43,003 bases of DNA from a virus (taxonomy: Duplodnaviria > Caudoviricetes). Shown here piece after piece: positions 1-8,084 of this stretch. The notes under the pieces are model-generated. The model saw nothing but the letters and a program-made list of their open reading frames with translations. It was not told the DNA's origin and did no database searches. The position numbers and the translations under genes are program-made. Within the stretch, counting starts at the first letter, position 1. Each line of letters starts with the position of its first letter. The stretch spans positions 1-43,003 of the IMG/VR virus record IMGVR_UViG_3300027250_000007. One strand, 5' to 3'.

Positions 1-2
1 AA

Positions 3-269
3 TCTCTCGGTGAGGGGTATCAACACAAAGCTATTACTTTCTGGACTGATAGCCTTGAGAAAGCAGGCATGTATGGTAACTATGTAATTGAGTTTGAATT
101 TGACGAGTTGCCTCCCCACTTTGACAAGCGGAAAAGTATCGCAGAAGGAAACGAGATTCATGGTAACATTCGTGAATGGAGAATTCCTTCCGAGTACTTT
201 GAGAAGGATGGTGGAATGTACTGTTACGCTGAGTCTGCAAAGATTCATATAAAAGGTGTAGATTTCTAG
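3..269 (+). CDS. hypothetical protein, probably 5'-truncated by the window edge
   Basis: Frame of ORF 69..269 stays open back to position 3 (SLGEGYQHKAITFWTDSLEKAGMYG...). Confidence 0.6.
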   Translation, partial: SLGEGYQHKAITFWTDSLEKAGMYGNYVIEFEFDELPPHFDKRKSIAEGNEIHGNIREWRIPSEYFEKDGGMYCYAESAKIHIKGVDF

Positions 270-283
270 CATATTCGTAAATA

Positions 284-309
284 GCCTCTACCTCTTAGGG
301 AGTAGAGGT
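284..309 (+). other. intergenic RNA hairpin with CUUAGG loop
   Basis: GCCTCTAC-C-TC TTAG GG-A-GTAGAGGT; same C(TTAG)G loop as the hairpin at 2195-2224; no U-tract. Confidence 0.5.
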
Positions 310-332
310 CAAATCCCTCAGAGGAGACTAGA

Positions 333-659
333 ATGGAAGTTTTGACAATGATACTTGCTGGCTTTGTTGCTAGAGGTTTTCTTATAGCAGTATCAGAAAA
401 GTTACTTGGGGTTAAGCTAATAAAAATACCCCCTCTACTTGGTGTAGTAGCTATTGCACACTATGTCGTATTTGCACCTGCTTATGCTGGGTTTTCTTTC
501 GTAAACATGTTTACTGTATTCGGGTTATTTCTACCTGAAGTAATCCGCTCTCTAAACTTAATCTTCAAGGACAAGGAGACTAGCAATGTCCGTAATAACT
601 CCCACAATTCTTTGTCTAGCGACCGCAGTGTTTTTCGAGGCACGAGCAGAACCTCTTGA
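333..659 (+). CDS. putative membrane protein
   Basis: GAGGAG RBS; about 3 hydrophobic segments. Confidence 0.65.
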   Translation: MEVLTMILAGFVARGFLIAVSEKLLGVKLIKIPPLLGVVAIAHYVVFAPAYAGFSFVNMFTVFGLFLPEVIRSLNLIFKDKETSNVRNNSHNSLSSDRSVFRGTSRTS

Positions 660-993
660 TGGTCAAATGTTTGTAGCTGAGACTATTATGAATCGAGTAG
701 AAGACTCTCGTTATCCAAATAATGTTTGTGATGTTGTGTACGAGAAAAAAGCCTTCTCCTTCACCCATGATGGTAAGAGTGATAATATGTTTAAATATGA
801 TACATATTATGATCAGGAGGCGCAAGCAATTGCTATTTCTATAGCGTATAAGGCTTACTATCGTGGTTCTCCAATTACTACAGCAACACACTACCATGCT
901 GTAGGTGTAAAGCCTTTCTGGCGTAAGTATTACGATAAAGAAGGTCGTATCGGTAATCATGTGTTTTACACTAACAACACTCCTCATAAGTGA
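586..993 (+). CDS. cell wall hydrolase, SleB/Hydrolase_2 family
   Basis: CLATAVFFEARAEP..GQ..VA..IMNRV..RYPNNVCDVV...FSF, ATHYHA..VKPFW, IGNHVFY; AAGGAG RBS. Confidence 0.9.
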   Translation: MSVITPTILCLATAVFFEARAEPLDGQMFVAETIMNRVEDSRYPNNVCDVVYEKKAFSFTHDGKSDNMFKYDTYYDQEAQAIAISIAYKAYYRGSPITTATHYHAVGVKPFWRKYYDKEGRIGNHVFYTNNTPHK

Positions 994-1000
994 GAAGATC

Positions 1001-1216
1001 ATGGAAAAAGTAAACTGGGAAGTAACCCGTAAATCGATGGTGTCAGGAATTACTCGAACAATGACGTTTAAAGTAAATCCTGAAGATGTAAAGAAGTACG
1101 CAGACGGAGGTTTGATTCAGAATGCTTTTCCATATCTCTCAGGAGATGATCGAGAATTTATCATGACAGGCATCACTGCTGAGGAATGGGATGAAACTTT
1201 TGGAGAAGAAGTATGA
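1001..1216 (+). CDS. hypothetical protein
   Basis: ATG at 1001 in the frame of ORF 959..1216; LIQNAFPYLS.DDREFI.TGIT.EEW; ATGA overlap with next gene. Confidence 0.75.
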   Translation: MEKVNWEVTRKSMVSGITRTMTFKVNPEDVKKYADGGLIQNAFPYLSGDDREFIMTGITAEEWDETFGEEV

Positions 1217-1521
1217 GATATCTTGCTGACGTGCAAAAGAATTTATCCTGCAGCTGGATCTTTGATGACACTATCTTCGGAGAAGTGTTAGCAGAGTTTG
1301 AAGCAGTTGCAGAAAAGTGTGATTATGGGTACTCTCGTAGTCCGATATGGTGGGAGATAGACGAAGGCTCTATTAGTTTTGTTGGTATGAGTATCTACCA
1401 CGAAACTTGGGATTATAATGATCTTGTGGATCTATTCGGAAAATCGGTAGCAATTAATATCATTCAAAACATGATTGAACAGCTTCCTAATGATCTTGAC
1501 TACTGGACTGAAGACGAGTAA
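1213..1521 (+). CDS. hypothetical acidic protein
   Basis: GGAG RBS, 4-nt overlap with previous gene. Confidence 0.7.
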   Translation: MRYLADVQKNLSCSWIFDDTIFGEVLAEFEAVAEKCDYGYSRSPIWWEIDEGSISFVGMSIYHETWDYNDLVDLFGKSVAINIIQNMIEQLPNDLDYWTEDE

Positions 1522-1569
1522 TTCTGAGAAAAACAACGCATCTATAATGCTACCATGAAAGGACAGCGG

Positions 1570-1743
1570 ATGACTAAAATCAAACTTGAAGATTTGGCTT
1601 TCAGCAAACTTGTTCAGGCAATTGACAAGAAGTGGTCACACACTTACATTGATGTGCCTGACCAACCGGAACTAACTGACGAGATGCGAGACGAACTTGA
1701 TGAGATCGCTCGTGCTGAATGTGACTTCGATCCCCAATACTGA
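1570..1743 (+). CDS. hypothetical protein
   Basis: AAAGGA RBS before ATG 1570, in frame with ORF 1555..1743. Confidence 0.65.
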   Translation: MTKIKLEDLAFSKLVQAIDKKWSHTYIDVPDQPELTDEMRDELDEIARAECDFDPQY

Positions 1744-1766
1744 AACGCATAAATAGGAGAACTGAC

Positions 1767-2159
1767 ATGCGTAATTCTTACTTCTTCGGCACTATGTTTA
1801 ACTGTGGCAACTACAACGACAACTTCCGCCGCAAAGTTGCCTTGCTTGCGGTAGAAACCGCTGATATTCCATTTGTTGCCGAAACAATTGGAGTGAGCAA
1901 GGGTTCAGTATATCGTTGGCTCAAGGCCTACGACTTGTTTAAACAGTATGCAGCTAAGAAACATAACTTAGCTCAATATCCGCAGGCCTCCTTTATTCGT
2001 AAATCGGAGTACGACAATAACTTCCGTCAAACAGTTGTTCAGTACGCCATGCGGACAAATACTATCAAGGCTGCTGACCGTTATGCAGTAAGTGTTGGTT
2101 CAGTTGATAACTGGATCAAAGCGTTTCAAGGTAATACAACTTACCTTAATCGTGGCTAA
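1767..2159 (+). CDS. tandem helix-turn-helix DNA-binding protein (two transposase/Brinker-like HTH repeats)
   Basis: Internal duplication YNDNFRRKV...IGVSKGSVYRWLKAY / YDNNFRQTV...YAVSVGSVDNWIKAF; TAGGAG RBS. Confidence 0.8.
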   Translation: MRNSYFFGTMFNCGNYNDNFRRKVALLAVETADIPFVAETIGVSKGSVYRWLKAYDLFKQYAAKKHNLAQYPQASFIRKSEYDNNFRQTVVQYAMRTNTIKAADRYAVSVGSVDNWIKAFQGNTTYLNRG

Positions 2160-2179
2160 TAGCTGACCTTAAAGAACAA
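2157..2179 (+). promoter_or_regulatory. putative phage RNAP promoter P1 (+1 predicted at 2174)
   Basis: TAATAGCTGACCTTAAA|GAACAA; one of 9 copies. Confidence 0.8.
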
Positions 2180-2181
2180 TT

Positions 2182-2249
2182 GCCCTTCGGGGCCGCTCCT
2201 CATCCCCTTAGGGGGGTGGGGGGCTTTAAAAAAACTTTTTTTTTTTTTT
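2182..2249 (+). terminator. two hairpins followed by A7/T14; terminator-like
   Basis: GCCC-TTCG-GGGC (UUCG tetraloop), then a 13-bp stem 2195-2224 with 3 G-U pairs, then TTTAAAAAAAC and T14. Confidence 0.65.
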
Positions 2250-2414
2250 CTTCAACAACACAGGAGCCTAATTGCTAACTGTAGTGCTAATCTATTTTAT
2301 ATATTACACGGTTAAAGAGCTGCTAAAGGATTAGTGCTGAATTTACTAACAAAGTTTCAAAAGTATAGGGTACTAACTATGTACAATGCCTATAGAAAGT
2401 AAAGAAAGTTAAAA

Positions 2415-4577
2415 ATGACAGTACTAGACAAGCTAGTAGAAGACTTGACATACCGTATAAATACTCTTGATAATCGCAATCGGGCAAGTTATATTAAGGC
2501 TATGCCAGCCAAAGATATTATTGAGTTTTCGTACACTCATGTACTAAAAGGATTAGAAAGGAAAGCATCACTAGTAGAGGTATCAACAAGTATTGGTCGT
2601 CGGTTACGACAGAAAATGAGACTTGAACAAGACAGTATTCTTGAGGCTCAGGGTGGATGGTTCGTTTTAATCTCTTATATCGAAGTAGGTATACTCGGCT
2701 ATAAGAAGAAACACATGTATAAGAACGGTAAGAAAGACAAACACAGATCTTACAGTTTGTTTGCATCAGACTGGAAAGCTATTAAGGAGCTAATGGATCT
2801 TGTTGACAATGAAAAGTGTGACATGTTTCCAGTCAACACTCCACCAAAATCGTGGGACGGATCTGCTTATCATCAAACCACAGGTATTAGTGTAATTAAG
2901 AAAGGCCACTCATTAGCCTTAAATTACTTTGAAGCTAATGATATGAGTTATATTCTCAAAGTTCTAAACAAGCTAACTTCAACAGCTTGGCGTATTAACG
3001 AGCCTGTGTTTAATGTGTTCAAACAATGTTTACGGTCAAAAGAGAACCCTTTCAAGTTTACGAAGGAAATTGATCCAATTAAACGGGCTTCGTTGATTAT
3101 TGAAGTTGAAGCAATTGAAAGACTAGCGGAGAAGAATCTCGGGCTACCGTTCTATCACCTCTACAACTTGGATTTCCGTGGTCGAATCTACCCTAACACA
3201 GCCTTTTTGCACGAGCAGTCAAGCGACAATGCTAAGGGATTGCTCTTACTCGATGAGCCTGTTAGGCTTGGAGAAACTGGCCTCTACTGGTTATCCGTTC
3301 ATACTGCAAACTCGTGGGGTAATGACAAGGTTTCTCTTGACGACCGTGCTCAATGGGTTCAAGATAACTTAGACGACATCCTGATTTATGCAAGCGATCC
3401 TATGCGTTATACAGGCTGGATGAGTGCGGATAAACCGTTTACTTTCCTTGCCTGTTGTATGGAATTTTCTATGCTCTCTCACTGGCATGGTCAGGGTATG
3501 GAAACAGAAGACTTCCCTAGTTGTTTGCCAGTTTACATCGACGGTTCTAACAATGGTGTTCAGCACCTAGTTGCTATGTCTCAAGATGAAGAGGTAGCTC
3601 CTCTTGTTAACCTAGTTCCACAAGAACTTCCCGGTGATGTTTACATGTTCATTGCTAACAAAGTCTGGAGAAGACTTCGAAGTATGCAAGACAAGTTACC
3701 TAACGGGCTTGTTGAAAGCTTTGACACGGTATTTGACGAGGCTAGACGGCTTCAACGAGAGTATGATGCAGCTTCTGACAAGTCAGAACGCAAGACAATT
3801 GCCTTTCGAGAGGCTCAATCTTGGCGTAATGAGAATCGCAATCTTAGAGAGAAACTCTTTCCTGTATACTGGAATCGAATCACTGACAAGAAAATTCGAC
3901 GAAAGACAGTTAAGCGTAACGTTATGACTCTTGGTTACGGTGGCACGGCTTATGGTATGGGTCAACAAGTTATTGAGGATACACGAGAACTCTCTGAATA
4001 TCTTCGAGATAAAGAACACTTGTGGGGAGCTATGCTGGGCACTTTAGTATACAAGACTTGTTACGAAGAACTTAAAGGACCAGCTACTTTACTGAGCATG
4101 TTCCAAAAGTTAGCTGAACGGGCTAATGACGACAAGCTTCATTTAAAATGGCAATCCCCAATCACTAACTTCCCCGTAGTACAAGCTTACCTAAAGCCAA
4201 TTACAAAGCGAACAGAGCTTAAATACGGCGATGACATTTTAAAAGTCAATATCCAAGTGTGGGAAGAAGCTGTAATTAATGAGTCTAAACAGCGAACTGG
4301 TGCAGCACCTAACATTGTTCATAGCTTAGATGCTGTTCATTTGACAAGTGTTGTTCACGATTCTAATTATCTTGTTACTGTTGTTCACGACTCTTTTGGT
4401 TGTCATGCAGGTAACATGGAAGATATGTTTATGCTTGTTCGTGAGAAGTTTGTTGAGCTTTATGAGGCTCAACCGCTTGAGAACATTTTAACACAACTTA
4501 ACTCAAAAGATCTTATCCTAGAGAAAGGTACACTAGATGTCCGACAAGTCTTATACTCCGATTTTGCATTCGCTTAA
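2415..4577 (+). CDS. single-subunit (T7-like) DNA-directed RNA polymerase
   Basis: WRIN, LDFRGRIY, motif A PVYIDGSNNGVQHL, motif B RKTVKRNVMTLGYG, APNIVHSLDA, motif C VVHDSFG, C-terminal FAFA. Confidence 0.97.
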   Translation: MTVLDKLVEDLTYRINTLDNRNRASYIKAMPAKDIIEFSYTHVLKGLERKASLVEVSTSIGRRLRQKMRLEQDSILEAQGGWFVLISYIEVGILGYKKKHMYKNGKKDKHRSYSLFASDWKAIKELMDLVDNEKCDMFPVNTPPKSWDGSAYHQTTGISVIKKGHSLALNYFEANDMSYILKVLNKLTSTAWRINEPVFNVFKQCLRSKENPFKFTKEIDPIKRASLIIEVEAIERLAEKNLGLPFYHLYNLDFRGRIYPNTAFLHEQSSDNAKGLLLLDEPVRLGETGLYWLSVHTANSWGNDKVSLDDRAQWVQDNLDDILIYASDPMRYTGWMSADKPFTFLACCMEFSMLSHWHGQGMETEDFPSCLPVYIDGSNNGVQHLVAMSQDEEVAPLVNLVPQELPGDVYMFIANKVWRRLRSMQDKLPNGLVESFDTVFDEARRLQREYDAASDKSERKTIAFREAQSWRNENRNLREKLFPVYWNRITDKKIRRKTVKRNVMTLGYGGTAYGMGQQVIEDTRELSEYLRDKEHLWGAMLGTLVYKTCYEELKGPATLLSMFQKLAERANDDKLHLKWQSPITNFPVVQAYLKPITKRTELKYGDDILKVNIQVWEEAVINESKQRTGAAPNIVHSLDAVHLTSVVHDSNYLVTVVHDSFGCHAGNMEDMFMLVREKFVELYEAQPLENILTQLNSKDLILEKGTLDVRQVLYSDFAFA

Positions 4578-4914
4578 AAAGAACGATATTGTAGAAGTTA
4601 CGGGTGGTTACTTTCCAGATTTCACAGGAGAAGTCGTAGAGGTAGATACAGAAGCCGAACGAGTAGTAGTTTGGTTTGAGCATGTCACTACTACAGAATT
4701 CTCAGACTTTCATGTGGAATATTACGGCGAGGGTATCAATTATCTTCATTGTCCTATGTCAACCGTCCGGCCAAAACTGGAAGAAGTATTTAGACTTCTT
4801 AACGACGCCGCAGCCATTATGGAAGATACTGGTGGGGTAGAAAGCAACATGTTAGACGAGGTTGCAGATTTAATTATGCAAGCTGCTATAAAACTAAAGG
4901 CCTTTGGCAACTAA
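4537..4914 (+). CDS. KOW-motif protein resembling the NusG C-terminal domain
   Basis: NDIVEVTGGYFPDFTGEVVEVDTEAERVVV versus NusG-CTD [30 protein letters not shown]. Confidence 0.6.
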   Translation: MSDKSYTPILHSLKKNDIVEVTGGYFPDFTGEVVEVDTEAERVVVWFEHVTTTEFSDFHVEYYGEGINYLHCPMSTVRPKLEEVFRLLNDAAAIMEDTGGVESNMLDEVADLIMQAAIKLKAFGN

Positions 4915-4937
4915 AATTACCCGACCTTAAAGAACAA
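4915..4937 (+). promoter_or_regulatory. putative phage RNAP promoter P2
   Basis: AATTACCCGACCTTAAA|GAACAA, intergenic, upstream of a GGAG RBS. Confidence 0.8.
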
Positions 4938-4955
4938 TACATATACGGAGACAAC

Positions 4956-5210
4956 ATGTCAGACCTACGTACAGAGAATTTTCTTGCAATTCTACCCTCA
5001 CTCCAAACGGGGGATATTCTTATTATTGCAGAAACAGAAGATCTACCTTCATCCGTCTTTCGGATTGATGAAGTAGGTGATGGCTTCATTACGGGTTATG
5101 CATCTTTTGATGATAACGAAGATGAAGAAGAGTATGGTGAACTTTATGAAGAAGATTACCATCTTGTTCAGCAGGTTATTATTGACCTGACCGAAGTAAA
5201 AGAAGAATAA
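4956..5210 (+). CDS. hypothetical acidic protein
   Basis: GGAG RBS, directly downstream of P2. Confidence 0.75.
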   Translation: MSDLRTENFLAILPSLQTGDILIIAETEDLPSSVFRIDEVGDGFITGYASFDDNEDEEEYGELYEEDYHLVQQVIIDLTEVKEE

Positions 5211-5262
5211 AACAACCTAACGTAAACAACCTTAATTATATTAATCCAAAAGGAAAACAGCA

Positions 5263-5910
5263 ATGGCTATCGTAAAAAACGTCGAACTATGGTGGGTAAA
5301 GTGTGATGCAAAGCGTCCAATCAAGAATCAGGATGCTGGTAAACCAGATTACTGGGAAATTCAGCTTCGCACTACTGACAAAAAGCTCGCTCTAGAATGG
5401 GCTAAAGAGAATGTTAAGTTCAAACCACTAAAGCGGACTCTTCGTGACGAAGAAGGTAATCCTATTCTAGATGATATGGGTGAAGAGCAATCAGAACTTG
5501 TTCTATCAGATGAAGGTAAACCCTACTTTGCAGTAAAAGTTCGGCGTAAGGTTCGTAAGAACGAAGAAGATAATATTGAACTAGACAACAACGGTGAGCC
5601 AAAGATCGTTAAGTTTGTTGGGGGTAATCTTCAGAAGATTGATCCTAATACCGTTGGTAACAAGTCAGTAGGCAATGTTAACCTTTATCAATACCCCTAT
5701 TCTTTCAAGCAAAACGGTAAGACTGTAGAAGGTATTGCTAACACACTAATGAGCGTACAAGTCACTAAACTTCACAAGTATGAAAGCAAGTCCTCAGAAG
5801 GATTTGAAATGACAGACATGGAGGTTATTGACGGTTCTGGTAATGTGTCTCGTGCAACCGAGAGTGCAGACCACGATGACAACGATATCGACGATGATAT
5901 CCCGTTTTGA
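5263..5910 (+). CDS. single-stranded DNA-binding protein (T7 gp2.5-like)
   Basis: VGNKSVGNV...L.SVQVTKL..Y core, acidic tail ending DDDIPF; replication-module position. Confidence 0.8.
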   Translation: MAIVKNVELWWVKCDAKRPIKNQDAGKPDYWEIQLRTTDKKLALEWAKENVKFKPLKRTLRDEEGNPILDDMGEEQSELVLSDEGKPYFAVKVRRKVRKNEEDNIELDNNGEPKIVKFVGGNLQKIDPNTVGNKSVGNVNLYQYPYSFKQNGKTVEGIANTLMSVQVTKLHKYESKSSEGFEMTDMEVIDGSGNVSRATESADHDDNDIDDDIPF

Positions 5911-5919
5911 TTAAAACAA

Positions 5920-5950
5920 GGAGGGGGAGCTTAACGGCTCTCCCTTTTAA
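5920..5950 (+). terminator. putative intrinsic terminator after the SSB gene
   Basis: GAGGGGGAGC-TTAACG-GCTCTCCCTT followed by TTAATT. Confidence 0.6.
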
Positions 5951-5972
5951 TTCTAATTAGTCAGGAAATACT

Positions 5973-6536
5973 ATGTATAATCGTGATGTAAAGCTAATTC
6001 AAGATCATGTTCTAAAGACTGGTCCAGAAGGAATTGTAGACGTATTCACCGCAGTTATTGCGACGATTAGGACACCTTTTTACCGCATTGTCCATATAAC
6101 TAATGACATTAAGAAGAATAAACAAAGCTCGAAACAACTCTGGGGTCATAAAAAAGACAGTTATACTGATGTAGTAAAACGTAAAGAGGAACTATACGAG
6201 TTGTTTGAAAGCTCTGCACCAGAAAAACTCTTATATAAAGAAGTGCTAAAGATAAAAGGTCTTGGTCTAGCAAAGGCAGGCTTCGCTTTACAGATGCTAG
6301 GTTACAATGTTGCCTGTCTTGACACACACAATCTCAAACGACTGGGATATGGCTCATCTCACTTCAATCGTAAAGATCGCTTAGAAGAATACCTAGAAGT
6401 TGTTAAGAAAGAAGGGGCGGAGTACTGGTGGGATACATGGTGTAACTTAATACCACAAACTTCCGGTAAAAATCGTGATTTTAAGGATGCTGATGAGGTA
6501 TCCTATACCCATACTATCGCAGTAAGAGGATACTGA
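5973..6536 (+). CDS. HhH-GPD superfamily DNA glycosylase-like protein
   Basis: HhH motif LKIKGLGLAKA followed by VACLDTHNLK (catalytic-Asp position), Ogg2-like arrangement. Confidence 0.65.
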   Translation: MYNRDVKLIQDHVLKTGPEGIVDVFTAVIATIRTPFYRIVHITNDIKKNKQSSKQLWGHKKDSYTDVVKRKEELYELFESSAPEKLLYKEVLKIKGLGLAKAGFALQMLGYNVACLDTHNLKRLGYGSSHFNRKDRLEEYLEVVKKEGAEYWWDTWCNLIPQTSGKNRDFKDADEVSYTHTIAVRGY

Positions 6537-6540
6537 TAAA

Positions 6541-6981
6541 ATGACACATTTTAATATCTATCTTGCAGGCCCAATTGAGAACGCTACTATCGAAGAAATG
6601 AGCTGGTGGCGTAAAGGAATTATTGATGAAATGCAGCTATACCCTGTCAACTTTCTAGATCCTACCCGAAGAGAACCTGTTCATCTACAGTCTCGTTATG
6701 CTCTTACAGGCAATCAACGGCGTAATCTCTACAATCAAATTATGACACAGGATCTTATGGATATCGATCGATCAGATCTTATCTTTGCTAATATCCGTTC
6801 GGTAGATGGACGAGGTATTGGTACCGCTATGGAGATTATGTATGCAAGTCTTCAGAGGAAACCAATTATTGCATGGTCAGGGAAAGATGACCAACATCAC
6901 CCTTTCTATGAGTCGCTTGTAACAGAAAAGCATCACAATCTTGATGAAGCAATCGAAGCAATGCGGAGCTATGTAAAATGA
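6541..6981 (+). CDS. nucleoside 2-deoxyribosyltransferase-like protein
   Basis: IYLAGPI, DLMDIDRSD, GTAMEIMYA...KPII. Confidence 0.85.
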   Translation: MTHFNIYLAGPIENATIEEMSWWRKGIIDEMQLYPVNFLDPTRREPVHLQSRYALTGNQRRNLYNQIMTQDLMDIDRSDLIFANIRSVDGRGIGTAMEIMYASLQRKPIIAWSGKDDQHHPFYESLVTEKHHNLDEAIEAMRSYVK

Positions 6982-7163
6982 GACTTTACACTGTAGAGCT
7001 ACTTGATGCAGACGGTTATTGGGAAGCCACTCCAACTGGTTATACTAGTAAAGAGACTGCGATTAATAAGGCTATGACTATTAAGGAAAAAGAAGAGATG
7101 GTCAGAGTAGTAGTTCAAGAAGTTATTTATGAATTTGCAGATGGAGAGGAGTGGTTTGCATGA
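6978..7163 (+). CDS. hypothetical protein
   Basis: GGAG RBS, ATGA overlaps at both ends. Confidence 0.7.
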   Translation: MRLYTVELLDADGYWEATPTGYTSKETAINKAMTIKEKEEMVRVVVQEVIYEFADGEEWFA

Positions 7164-7366
7164 CTATGGATGAAGCATTTGTTAGCCCAGAAGATAAATG
7201 GACTGACTGGGAACTTCTGGAAGATATGTATGAAGAACGAGCAGCTATCTTACAATTTGAAGCTAATTACTCTCAATTTGAAGCCGAGAATTTAGCTGCT
7301 CAGATGTATGGATTCTATAATAAAGCACATCTAAAATACCATATTCAAGAGCTTAAGGCAAAATGA
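7160..7366 (+). CDS. hypothetical phage protein (EERAAI...EAE motif)
   Basis: ATG 7160 overlaps the upstream stop; YEERAAILQFEANYSQFEAENLA. Confidence 0.7.
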   Translation: MTMDEAFVSPEDKWTDWELLEDMYEERAAILQFEANYSQFEAENLAAQMYGFYNKAHLKYHIQELKAK

Positions 7367-7797
7367 CTAAAGACTACAACCGAGTAGAAATGCGTATTTT
7401 AAAAGAAATACATAAGGAAAAGCAGATGAAAGATAAAGCAGAAGATAGACCGTTTCGAGAGGAGATCCCTGAACTTATGGGAAAAATCTTTGATGACACA
7501 CCGGACTTTCATGGTGACTTTAAAAGTATGAGTGAGGAACAGCAAGATGCAATCATTAACCCTCAACACTATAAACTGATTTCTCGAGAAGCTTATGAAA
7601 AGTTCCCGAATGGTCTTGAATATATGAACTTGATGGAATATATTCTTGCTCATCATAAAGGTGTCGAGGCACATTTACTAGGCCAGATTTTTAAGTATGC
7701 AATGCGTCTTGGTAAGAAAGATGATGATCTTCAAGATGCCAAGAAAATTCAGTGGTATGCAAACTATCTCGTTAACGTAATCAAGGAACGTTCCTAA
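7363..7797 (+). CDS. DUF3310 / T7 gp1.7-like nucleotide kinase-domain protein
   Basis: INPQHY...GQIFKYAMRLGKKDDDLQDAKKIQWY. Confidence 0.8.
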   Translation: MTKDYNRVEMRILKEIHKEKQMKDKAEDRPFREEIPELMGKIFDDTPDFHGDFKSMSEEQQDAIINPQHYKLISREAYEKFPNGLEYMNLMEYILAHHKGVEAHLLGQIFKYAMRLGKKDDDLQDAKKIQWYANYLVNVIKERS

Positions 7798-8045
7798 TGT
7801 CTTATGAAGAAGTCATTGCTCGTGTTATGAGAGTAGCAAGCATTGTCGAGCTTGATGCTAAAAACCAAGATAACAAAGAACGTATGAAAGAGATCATTAA
7901 TCTTGCAAGAATCTTGAAATTTCAAACAAATGAGGTTCAACAAGAACTGAATGATCTAAAAGAATGGGTTGCTCAATACATTGAAATGTCTCAAGATGAC
8001 TTTGACAAGTACTGGCGACAACAAAGAGTGAATTTTTACAAGTAA
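7797..8045 (+). CDS. hypothetical protein
   Basis: AAGGA RBS, TAATG overlap. Confidence 0.7.
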   Translation: MSYEEVIARVMRVASIVELDAKNQDNKERMKEIINLARILKFQTNEVQQELNDLKEWVAQYIEMSQDDFDKYWRQQRVNFYK

Positions 8046-8048
8046 TTA

Positions 8049-8071
8049 CGATATCTGACCTTAAAGAACAA
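8049..8071 (+). promoter_or_regulatory. putative phage RNAP promoter P3
   Basis: CGATATCTGACCTTAAA|GAACAA, followed by a TAGGAG RBS. Confidence 0.8.
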
Positions 8072-8084
8072 CTAGGAGAAAACT

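Noticed and set aside
1767-2159. IS3-family insertion sequence
   Set aside because: Only HTH repeats; no DDE OrfB, terminal inverted repeats or target duplication seen.
2312-2326. CtrA box (TTAA-N7-CTAA)
   Set aside because: A single imperfect match in AT-rich DNA; expected by chance.
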